This document shows positions 37,943-49,425 of a stretch of 64,000 bases of DNA, in pieces. The position numbers and the translations under genes were made by a program. Positions within the stretch are counted from its first letter, which is position 1. Every line of letters begins with the position of its first letter. Origin of the DNA: Octopus sinensis (Eukaryota); contig NC_042999.1 in assembly GCF_006345805.1 (NCBI RefSeq), forward strand, positions 42,222,001 to 42,286,000, read 5' to 3'. Under the pieces are notes generated by a model. It was not told the origin of the DNA. It worked only from the letters and a program-made list of their open reading frames with translations, and ran no database searches.

Positions 37943-38420
37943 GTCAGGTCACTTTCGAGTGCTACTGGTAACATGTAACCCAGTACAACCTGTTGCATGG
38001 TGAGGAGGGTGTTTATTGGACACCCTGCGGGATGAAAAACAAAACCCGTCAAAGGGCGGATTAGCTCTTGAGAGTCAACGGTGATCCAATAAATGTCTTA
38101 AGGGTGTATCATGCGCGGGGACATAGAAATAATCGGACTGAATACCCGATCGCGCGGTTAAATCATTGGGAGTGAAGGACTTCTAGCCTTTATAGGGCAT
38201 CCTTCTAGGATAACTCCGATATAAAATCTGCGGCTCAGTGGTTACCGATGATGTTGACGTGTTCTTCTTTTCGGATTATGGCCGCTGTTGCTTAGTGAGT
38301 GAGATTGACTCAGTGCACAGCTTTCCTCACTTTAAAAAATCTTCTTGCACAGGCATTGCACGATAACAACATTGATTAAGCTTCGTGCAATGGCCATACT
38401 CGATAACGAGGGGGCAGCTA
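37943..38420 (+). mobile_element. GC-richer unclassified repeat, possibly a LINE 5' leader, with serial hairpins
   Basis: Several short stem-loops between 37950 and 38155. The family assignment is only a guess. Confidence 0.35.
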
Positions 38421-38630
38421 CCATACATATACATCTATGCATATACATGTATACTATACATCCATACATATACATCCATATATATACATATGTGCAGATG
38501 TATACATATATATATATATATACATGTGTATGTATGTATGTATGTATGTATGTATGTATGTATGTATGTATGTATGTATGTTGTATGCATGTATTTATTT
38601 GTGTATATATGTATGCATGTATATATGTAA

Positions 38631-39443
38631 GATAATAGTTTCGTTTTAATAGCTTCAGTATTAATAGTAAAACTGTTAAACTGAAAGTATATCACATTAC
38701 AATAGAGAGATGTTATTGTTTCACTTTTGACACGTAATACTGAAATAATGTAACAGGTAAGAGAATTCATTATAGAGTGTCCTAGCTACCAACGTCATGT
38801 CTCATCGGTAGATAATACCGTGAAGACATTTTCGGACAACTGCTTATGATGTGGGTGATATCTTCAGTGTAAACTCCACAAAGTCTGCATCGGTTGTCAC
38901 ACTTTACGGCTTTTCCTGCATCTCTATCCCTTTTGCGCATCAGGTACTTGGTTGATATTTCCTGTTCCTGGATTGCAAACGTATACCCTTCAAAGTGGGA
39001 GGTAATAATCCGGCTATTGGTCCATGATAAACTGCTTTGATGATCGATGTTACTATCATCACGAAGCTTTCTAGTAATATATCCATGCATAGTCTTCTGC
39101 TCATATAGAGTCATTCTTTCATTTGATGATATGTTGCGGTAGAGTTTTGCAACTTCTTTGGGCATGTATTCTAGGTTATCAGACAAAAAGTGTTGTTCAA
39201 GAAGCTGCCTTCCAAGTCTTACGATGTTATCAGCCTCATGTATGCAAACTTGGTCAAGGGATGCACACTTCGACACTTGGTGGTTAAAAGATGTTGCCAG
39301 AGGGATATGATGCGACATTCAAAGGCATTTTGGATCGATGTTAAGCCTCTTCCTCCTTATTTTCGTTTTAGGTAGAGGCAGTTTACATCACTGTTCATGT
39401 GGAAATTATGTGTACTTGTTAGTATTTTTCGGGTTTTTACATC
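38631..39443 (-). mobile_element. R4/Dong-clade non-LTR fragment (post-RT region plus zinc knuckle, RLE deleted), copy 1
   Basis: KTRKILT...SDVNCLYLKRK*GGRGL...AIQEQEIST...CRLCG..EDITHIISSCP...Y..RHD. Confidence 0.85.
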
Positions 39444-39520
39444 AATGTATGTAGTATGTATGTATGTATGTATGTATGTATGTATGTATGTATGTATGTT
39501 GTATGCATGTATATATGTAA

Positions 39521-40333
39521 GATAATAGTTTCGTTTTAATAGCTTCAGTATTAATAGTAAAACTGTTAAACTGAAAGTATATCACATTACAATAGAGAGA
39601 TGTTATTGTTTCACTTTTGACACGTAATACTGAAATAATGTAACAGGTAAGAGAATTCATTATAGAGTGTCCTAGCTACCAACGTCATGTCTCATCGGTA
39701 GATAATACCGTAATGACATTTTCTGACAACTGCTTATGATGTGCATGATATCTTGAGTGCTAATTCCACAAGGTCTGCATCGGTTGTCACACTTTACGGC
39801 TTTTCCTGCATCTCTATCCCTTTTGTGCATCAGGTACTTGGTTGATATTTCCTGTTCCTGGATTGCAAACGCATACCCTTCAAAGTGGGAGGTAATAATC
39901 CGGCTATTGGTCCATGATAAACTGCTTTGATGATCGATGTTACTATCATCACGGAGCTTTCTAGTAATATATCCATGCATAGTCTTCTGCTCATATAGAG
40001 TCATTCTTTCATTTGATGATATGTTGCGGTAGAGTTTTGCAACTTCTTTGGGCATGTATTCTAGGTTATCAGACAAAAAGTGTTGTTCAAGAAGCTGCCT
40101 TCCAAGTCTTACGATGTTATCAGCCTCATGTATGCAAACTTGGTCAAGGGATGCACACTTCGACACTTGGTGGTTAAAAGATGTTGCCAGAGGGATATGA
40201 TGCGACATTCAAAGGCATTTTGGATCGATGTTAAGCCTCTTCCTCCTTATTTTCGTTTTAGGTAGAGGCAGTTTACATCACTGTTCATGTGGAAATTATG
40301 TGTACTTGTTAGTATTTTTCGGGTTTTTACATC
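39521..40333 (-). mobile_element. R4/Dong-clade fragment, tandem copy 2 (offset 890 bp)
   Basis: ORF 39672-40208 duplicates 38782-39318. Confidence 0.85.
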
Positions 40334-40738
40334 AATGTATGTATGTATGTATGTAGTGGAGTCACGCGTCATGAACGAGAAATGAGGGTTCGATAAAATA
40401 CAGCGCTAATCATGTTCTATGGACCAGCATGAGGCCTACTGGTTGGTGCCTTGCAAACCTTTTGGCAAATAAATGGAACAGTTTGCTCGAGTGCTTGTGG
40501 ATCATTTACTATGTGTTTTTTGAGAGGACGGCAAGGCCTGCTTTGCGCCATGCCACAAAACCAGAATGACTGGTATGCTCTGTGTTGCAGGCAGAAAAAG
40601 AAACCACGCGATAATTTTTTGATAATCTGAAAAATAAGGGACATAATTTCAAAAACTTAATTTATCAGGTTCATTTATATGCTTAAGAAAATTTCAATGC
40701 AATATTTTTTTGCGGGCAACGAGGACTTGTTATTTCGT

Positions 40739-41130
40739 TTAAATCCTTCTATATGCTGCAAGAGAAACCCTTCTATTCTTCTCAGCTGCATCAAAGTTTA
40801 GCTCAAGACAATTGCTTAAGCTGTCACTGCAGTTGTGCACTCCAGTAAACCCACCTGTAAGAAGAAAACATCATATTTCTCAAATGCTGAAAGAAGCCAC
40901 CCGCAATTGCGTGTGGCTCTTATAAAATTATCTTAAGATCTCTGATATAGTATAAACTTACATGCTGCCACAACTGTGTCAACTGTATTCTGCACCCCTC
41001 CACTTTGATCCCAACATGTTCCATAGGTCTTTGTTCGATAAATGTATAAAAAAAATAAATTGTCTTTAACTAAATGAACTTTTGGAAATTCCACGGTTGT
41101 TGGCAATGAATACATTATAATTCTTTCTGA
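40739..41130 (-). pseudogene. Possible spliced coding relic (two exons, 107-bp GT-AG intron at 40855-40961), product unknown
   Basis: Donor GCAT|gtaagt and acceptor ttttcttcttacag|GTGG. Splicing keeps the frame: ...YGTCWDQSGGVQNTVDTVVAA-C-GFTGVHNCSDSLSNC...RRI*. Confidence 0.25.
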
Positions 41131-41382
41131 TTCTTGGTACAGAGCCAGTAATTTTAAAAAGAAGGAAGTCGATTGCTTCGAACTCGAAGACACACAGATA
41201 TACATATACATATGCATACTAGTATCATAGAGACTTGTATATGTAAGCGCATACGTTCATATTTTTTAGTGTCTTTCTATCTATATAAGAACGCATTTAC
41301 TATTAACACTGATATACATACATACATACATACATACATACATACATACTACATACATACATATACATACATACATATACAT

Positions 41383-41445
<63 letters not shown>

Positions 41446-41471
41446 CATACACATATATATATACACACATG

Positions 41472-41509
<38 letters not shown>

Positions 41510-41566
41510 CATACATAATATATATATATATAATATATATATATATATACATACATAATATATATA

Positions 41567-41633
<67 letters not shown>

Positions 41634-41777
41634 TAGTTTGCTACCAACCTCCTCTTTACCTCTGCTCTCTTCCTCTGAATCTTCCGTCCGTTATGAGCTC
41701 TTTATTCCTCTCTCACCTTCTGCTTTATCTCAATGTATTTGCTTAGATATGTAGTGTTTCTTTCTCTCTCACTCTCC

Positions 41778-41833
<56 letters not shown>

Positions 41834-41942
41834 GTCTCATTTTCATGATTCTTTTATTGCTCGCTTCTCTCTCACCCTTTCTTCTTATCATTCTCATTTA
41901 TTTCTTTTCATGTGTATACACGCACACACACACACACAGCCA

Positions 41943-42044
<102 letters not shown>

Positions 42045-43240
42045 TAGATAGATAGTTTAGATAGATTAGATAGATAGATAGATAGAGACGGAGAGAAAGA
42101 TAGAGATATACACACATTTACTCATACATATAGAGATAAAGAGAAGTACGCATACATATATAGGGATAAACACATATATATGTACACACACATATATATG
42201 TACACACACATACAGATGCATACATATGAACATATATACGCATCCATGTATATATATGCATGCATATATACATACATACATATCTTCAAACATATACATA
42301 TTCCAATCTATACATAAATATGTATATGTATGTATATCGTGCAACCACTTCCCCCAACGTCCCGCCATCCTTACTTTCCTTTTTTGCTTTCAAGCAATAT
42401 TAAGTAATTACATTTAAATGTTAGAACGTCAAAGCTTTCCATAATAAACACAGAAACATCGCCGCTATTCTATTTTTAGTTTCTATATTTAGAGCCATAT
42501 CATTCAGAAAACAATTCTTTCAAATCCTCTGCAACCTCTATCGAGTGCATTTCACCAACAACCAAAATGCTACGATGCACACACACACATACACACACAC
42601 ATACACACACACATACACACACACTACCTCTTGACATTTTTCTCTACGCAGTGTCCCTCCTCTAACTACATTCCAATCAACATGCGCAGTTCCTTCCTCA
42701 AGAGAACTGCAATACTCCGGAAGAACCTGTCTGGTCATGTATTTTCATTTATAATTAACCTTCCCTTCAGCTCTTCAAAAGTGAAAATAAAAAAAAATAG
42801 AAAAATCAATATTTATCTTATTAAAATCACCGAACACAACTTTAGATTTTTGATAAAAAAAGAACATAAATAACTAGGTAAAAATTACGACGTTACATAT
42901 TGACTATGTTGGTAACGAATTTTTTTTTTCTTTTCGGTTTTAGATAATAAATTTCCACTACGACATCAAATAGCTGTTGAGTAACTTGCTTAACATATTA
43001 TTTCCATTTCTAATTTAAGTCTATTTTTTCTTTGTTTTCTCTTTAAGTTGCATTATACGAATACAGACCATGTTACATGCTGTGACTGTTATAAGAGGGA
43101 TAAAAATATGAGGTATCATAGTACTGTCAATTAAAACCAAGCAGGTAACCTCGGAGCGTGAAGAAGAACACAAACTGTTCAGTAATAAGGTTATCTTCTG
43201 CTGCAAATGTCTCTATGCTCTTGTATTCGTAGGTTACTCT

Positions 43241-43630
43241 CTTTACTCGTTTACTTGTTTCAGTCATGTGATTGCAGCCATGCTGGAGCACCGCCTTTAG
43301 TTGAGCAAATCGCCCCCAGGACTTATTCTTTGTAAGTCTAGTACTTATTCAATCGGTTCCTTTTGCCGAACCGCTAAGTTACGGGGACGTAAACACAACA
43401 GCATCAGTTGTCAAGCGATGTTGGAGGGACAAACACACACGCACATATATATACATATGCATATATACGACGGGCTTCTTTCAGTTTCCGTCTACCAAAT
43501 CCACCCACAAGGCTTTGGTCGGTCCGAGGCTATAGTAGAAGACACTTGCCCAAGATGTCACGCATTGGTACTGAACCCGGAACCATTTGGTTGGTAAGCA
43601 AGCTACTTACCACACAGCCACTCCTGCGCC
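43241..43630 (-). mobile_element. Long tRNA-derived SINE, complete
   Basis: As 8551-8959. Confidence 0.9.
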
Positions 43631-44046
43631 TGTAGGTTAGTGCGGTTGGATAAAACAGAGATGTAGTTTAGTATTTGTGCCTGTTCTCGCATTCTGCTCA
43701 TGATGCAGAGTGCGTATTTCCTCCGTGAATGCAAATCCTTTCCTTCAGTCAGATCACCAAACTAAGAAGCTGGCGGCGAAATCTTATGAAGAATTAAAGT
43801 GTTCTTCTCCAGCGTGGTCGTCATGTTATCAGAGTTTACCTGTTCATTGAGGATTTCACGGACCCGGTTCAAATATGCTCACATCTTATCTAAGCCATAT
43901 GAAATGATGCCAGTTTGTTGTGAATTCAATGTTCCTGCTATCGGATCGACATAGGAATTCTTGGAAGAGAATTTTACATCGCCAAGACAATGAAATTATC
44001 CCCTCAGGGTACAGGTTATTGAACAATAAATAAATAAATAAATTAG

Positions 44047-44279
44047 TTACATTCTTGAGTCATGACGACTCACAAGGGTCGGTTTTGGGTTTCATGGCGT
44101 ATATAATATCCCCACCTGGACGGGACACCGATCCGTCGCAGGATTACTCATTTTTGCCAACTGAGAGGACTGGAGCAACGTGAAATGAAGTATTTTGCTC
44201 AAGAAGACAACGTGAATCGAAATCACAATCTTACGATCATGAATCTAATACCCTAACCCACTAAGCCACGTACCTCCAC
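44047..44279 (-). mobile_element. tRNA-derived SINE, diverged
   Basis: Head gtggaggtacgtggcttagtgg; shares ttgctccagtc with the 44355 family and ccccacctggac with the 9159 family. Confidence 0.7.
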
Positions 44280-44354
44280 AGGTTACTGAATGCTTCCAGG
44301 ATCTTGATGAAGCGGTTGTGTGATGTTCATGTAGTTCTACTAAATTAATGTTGT

Positions 44355-44678
44355 GAAGGCGCGTGGCTTAGTGGTTAGGGGCATTTGGCTCATGATCGTA
44401 AGGTTGTGAATTCAATTCCCGGCGGTGCGTTCTGTTCTTGAGCAAGACACTTTATTTCACGTTGCTCCAGTCCACTCAGCTGGCAAAAATGAATAGTACC
44501 TGTATTTCAAAGGGCAAGCCTTGTCACACACTGTGCCACGCTGAATCTCCCCGAGAACTACGTTAAGGGTACACGTGTCTATGGAATGCTCAGCCACTTA
44601 CACGTTAATTTCACGAGCAAGCTGTTCCGTTGATCGTATCAGCTGGGACTCTCGTCGTCGCAACCGACGGAGTGCTCC
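44355..44678 (+). mobile_element. tRNA-derived SINE (gaaggcgcgtggcttagtg family)
   Basis: As 34483-34790. Confidence 0.85.
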
Positions 44679-45768
44679 TACTAGATTAATGTTGACCTGG
44701 GTATAAACAGCAACAACAACAACAACTGCATCAACAACACCAAAAGATAGTTCTACATTTCTTCACCTCAGCAACACTGGCAATAATCAATTCTTAGTGG
44801 GGCCGTTTGAGTAGCGAATTATATTCGGTAGCGGCGTAGAAATAGAAGAAACTAATCAATAACAAACCTTAAAAAGTAGGATCCAACCGATGCGAACAAG
44901 TTAAAGAGGTAGAAATTTCGTTTAATGGTGGGAGAAAATTGATGAATTCAGGAAAAATGTCGAAGTCCAAAGAAAAAAATATCGTTGGTGTTGAATAAAT
45001 GTAAGGTTTGATGAAAGAATCTGTTCAATTTTTATTTCATTTAAAATATATTTGCATGTATAAGACCATGTGTGTGTAAGTATGTATGCTTGTGTGTAGA
45101 TGCCAGTGCATGTATAAACATGTGAATATCGTTTGTGAAGATCGATTTTTTTTTCTTTTATGTGTAGAACAAGCTACATCAATTATATGTAAAGGTACTT
45201 GCAAAAAAATATTGGCAAAGATGATTCTTCCAAACTACAAATATATTCCTTTCAATTTTCGTTTTTAGATCAAAACATTTGCCAAACTTACACCTGAAAG
45301 AAGTATAGAAAAACAGATAAAAGAAAAATGAAAAAAAAAAACGAAATAGTTTCTGAACGTTGAAAATATTTGTTTTAACATGAAACTTGTGAGAGGATTT
45401 GATAAGCCAAAATTTTTAACACTTAGCAGATGCAAATATAAATATATATATATATATTATCTTAGACCTAAGACCATGCTAGAAGAAACTGAAAATTCAG
45501 GTTTCACTATATGGATTGCATAATCATTCTCAAACATGCTAAACGCAGTCTCATGAGTACTCGCATCTCTAGGATGCTCAACCACTTATACATTAAATTA
45601 ACAAGCAGGTAGTCCAGCTGATCGAGAAATTGCAGGATCGTCGCCGAAACTGATGGAGGAACTGTCTTCATGATGGAAACGAGGTTAGTTGGTCTTTGTA
45701 AAAGTGATGGCTTGGAGTTAACAGCAGAAGCATCGCACATATAAACAAACACACGCATATATATGTGT

Positions 45769-45940
<172 letters not shown>

Positions 45941-46009
45941 ACACACACACAGACACGCACACATATATTGACATAGACAAACAGACAGATAAACCTTTCT
46001 ACTATATAC

Positions 46010-46195
46010 ACAAGACTTGTAATCTGGGGGAAGGTGCTAGGTCGATTACATCGACCCTAAGGTTCAACAGGTTCTTAATTTATCGAACCAAAATGATGAA
46101 TGATAAAATCGACCTCCGCGGCATTTGGAATCAGAGGATGAAAACGGACGAAATGCTGCTAAGTAATTTTTCCCAACGCACTAACGTTCATCGCG
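46010..46195 (-). mobile_element. Short SINE, diverged
   Basis: gtcgattacatcgaccc...aaaatcgacctccgcggcattt...cggacgaaatgc. Confidence 0.7.
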
Positions 46196-46515
46196 TTGTT
46201 ACTAATAATAGATGCATATACAATGCTGACAATACTGGAATATGGCACATATAGGGGAGACAAATCTGATTTTGTAGTAATTGTTCATTACATGGCAACT
46301 CCCGAATACTTAACTTTTTTTATAAATGTATTGTCCTTAACAAGCAACAAAACGGAATCAAGGTTTATTATTGTGCCACTATCAATTTTAAACGCCGATA
46401 CATCGCCTATCTGCGCTCTTTGAAATCTTTAAACACAATAAATCTAGCGCACTAGCTAACTATATATATATAGGAAGGGGAAAGTAGTTTCTATTTTCTT
46501 TTTGTAACATATTTC

Positions 46516-46558
<43 letters not shown>

Positions 46559-46562
<4 letters not shown>

Positions 46563-46759
46563 ATCCAAACAAGAAAGCACAAAAAAACACAACAACGCGA
46601 GGACGTGGAACAAACATAGTATTATTGGACGCTCAGGAAAGAAGGAAAGAAGGAGGGCTTAACGTTTCGAGCAGAGCTCTTCGTCAGAAACATAGGAGAA
46701 GGAAAGATCCAGAGAAGGAAAGACAGAGGAAAAAAATCGCCAAAGGTACACACACGGTC

Positions 46760-46760
<1 letters not shown>
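46559..46760 (-). mobile_element. Family C-like short repeat carrying a hammerhead motif
   Basis: Contains the core at 46661-46687; architecture parallels 54098-54307. Confidence 0.65.
46657..46691 (-). ncRNA. Minimal type I hammerhead with extra A after A9 (family C)
   Basis: GUUU|CUGACGA-A-GAGC-UCU-GCUC-GAAA-C-G-U-U|AAGC. Confidence 0.65.
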
Positions 46761-46790
<30 letters not shown>

Positions 46791-46837
46791 TTTATGAAAG
46801 AATGGAGTTGAACGAGTTATTAACAAATTTCCTTTAT

Positions 46838-46918
46838 TTTCGACATATGTTTCGAAGGCTGCATATTCCTAATTCCGAAGGAATAAGGAGTACATTATGC
46901 AGATTTCTCATCAGGAAA
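46838..46918 (-). ncRNA. Type I hammerhead ribozyme (family B, minus copy)
   Basis: UUUC|CUGAUGA(46914-46908)-GAA..CUGCAUA..hairpin..UAUGCAG..UUC-GAAAC-AUAU-GUC|GAAA; predicted cut between 46842 and 46841. Confidence 0.8.
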
Positions 46919-46948
46919 GTTTTTTGTGCATTTTGATGTCGACATAAG

Positions 46949-47047
46949 TTCCTTGCCTTTTCTGATGAGAAATCTGCATAATGTACTCCTAATTCCTTCG
47001 GAATTAGGAATATGCAGCCTTCGAAACATATGTCGAAAATAAAGGAA
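46949..47047 (+). ncRNA. Type I hammerhead ribozyme (family B, plus copy), fully canonical core
   Basis: UUCCUU-GCC-UUUU|CUGAUGA(46962-68)-G...C-GAAA(47023-26)-C-AUAU-G-U-C(47034)|GAAA-AUA-AAGGAA. Helix I has a 3x3 internal loop; helix II is GAA/UUC plus 7 bp plus a 10-bp hairpin. Confidence 0.85.
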
Positions 47048-47584
47048 ATTTGTTAACAAGTCGTTCAACTCCATTCATTCATAAACTTATATTTTTAAAA
47101 TAAACATACAAATTTCCGCACGAAAACACGTAGTCTATGCCCTAGGGACGTAACTTCAACCGTGTTCTTCCTGATGTGAATTTGCTACCCAGGTATCGGT
47201 TATCTTTCGAATTATCCTTAAATATATATATATACACCCTACAGAAAAACAGTGTTACATATAAGAGTACTTGGTTAATCAGCTATACACGCGCATAGTC
47301 TTTGCGCTCCCAAACGAAAAAAACGTTGACATTCTGACGTACACAATATTTTAATCATTTAGAAATATTTTTGACTGAATGTGTAGCACGGAATTTTGTC
47401 AGTGAACAGGTCGCGATCTCAAAGCGACGAAAATATTTTGGCAAATTAAATTTAAATGTGGAAGTGAATCTAACGGCTTTTGTGTGTGTTTTTAAATGGC
47501 TTATAAACACCTTCCACGCTGCAATAGTTTTCGTTCCAGCTCACGATCTCAGATCAGGTCACTTGCTATGCAAGTACATCTCCG

Positions 47585-47624
<40 letters not shown>

Positions 47625-47636
47625 TATATATATATT

Positions 47637-47719
<83 letters not shown>

Positions 47720-47994
47720 GTATGTGTATATATATGTATATATATGTATATATATATACATGTGTGTGTATATATATGTATATATATACATGTATGTGTA
47801 TATATATATGTATATATGTAGAGACCTGAACGCACAGATACATTTATGTGTATGTGTGTGCGCATATAAGTATATGCCTGTGTGTTTATATCGATTTAGG
47901 ATGACAATTAGTACATTTACACAGAAATACTATGCGACGTTCATATTCTCCTGAGTTATCCCTCATACCAACGGCCATTTTACATTTCGTGTCG

Positions 47995-48041
47995 TACGAG
48001 AACGATCGAAAAAATATGGTATTTTTTCGATCGTTCTCGTA
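47995..48041. repeat. Perfect 22-bp inverted repeat with 3-nt loop
   Basis: tacgagaacgatcgaaaaaata-tgg-tattttttcgatcgttctcgta. Confidence 0.95.
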
Positions 48042-48452
48042 TTAACAAGGACGATAAACCGACTAAACACACCCTTAAAGGTAGTACCTCGACATGGCCA
48101 CAATTTAATAACTTAGCCCATTACAAAAAATAATACGAAGAATGGAAGAGAACTATTTAGATAAGATTTGAACCATTGTACTGCATATTACTGTGTTATG
48201 CCTAATTAAATTTGTATTGAGTCAACATGTCGTTTTCCTTGATATTCTTGTAAAACAAGGTTGAACCCGGGTGAACTCAATTGTGATTTCGAATGATATG
48301 GTCGCCAGGCTGCTACTCAAGATTTTTGCATCTATTGTTTCGTTCAACAAGAGAATCATTGATACGAAAATAAAACAAAGATTGTATTGAATACACTTCC
48401 AATAAATTGTATACAGCTTCAACAACTAGATGTAGAATATATACATATATGC

Positions 48453-48483
<31 letters not shown>

Positions 48484-48987
48484 ATACTACTGGCAGACAC
48501 ACACACACACACCACACACACACACACACATATATATTATATATATATATATTATATATATATATATTATATATATATATATAATATATATATATATATT
48601 ATATATATATATATATATATACATATATATAAGCATATGTGTACATGTATGTACGTATATATATAATTTATTTAGGTAAATGTGTACCATCAAGGAGAAC
48701 TATAAGTCATTATATATATATATATATATGTGTGTGTGTATATATATGTATATAAATATATATGTGTGTATATATATATGTAAGTATGTATGCATGTATA
48801 TCAAACACAGTGTCTTGATGTAAATATGTAGATATGTTCATATACAATGGATACATTATATTCTTTGTTTTGTTTTTCGGTATTTTTCATTTATCATCGT
48901 CGCTTGGAACGATGCACGCCGTATGTATTCTGTTGAAACATTTGCTTTCAAATGTGGAATGCTTTTCTTTTTGCTGCACCCTGTATA

Positions 48988-49039
<52 letters not shown>

Positions 49040-49425
49040 TACACACATATATGTAAGTACATTTATATATGTGTGTATATATACATATAGAGAGAAGGGG
49101 GTACAGATATACATAAACACAAACACACACATGCACATTCACACATATATCGGTAATACGCTTGCTTTCCAACCACATGGTTCTAACCCCTGTCTCATTG
49201 CGTGGCACCATGTAAAAGCGCCTTCTACTATAACACGGGCCAATCAAAGCCGCTTTCTAAGTCGATTTGGTAAATGATCAAAGTAGCTCGTCGCATATAT
49301 AATATGAAGATCGAGCCTCGTAATTAAGTTTTTAAAGTCTGGTACTTATTCTAACGGCAAAACCACAAAACTTCAGACTTATAACCTGTCTCCCTACAAT
49401 TTACAAAGCCTTTACTACAATAATA

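Larger units (their letters stand above)
46788..47088. repeat. Inverted repeat, ~132-bp arms (46788-46919 / 46957-47088), 37-bp spacer
   Basis: The arms are reverse complements with only a few substitutions. Confidence 0.95.

Noticed and set aside
45507-45735. Non-repetitive part of the 157-aa minus ORF (…[18 protein letters not shown]…)
   Set aside because: No splice signals or recognisable domain, and the ORF start is in a microsatellite.
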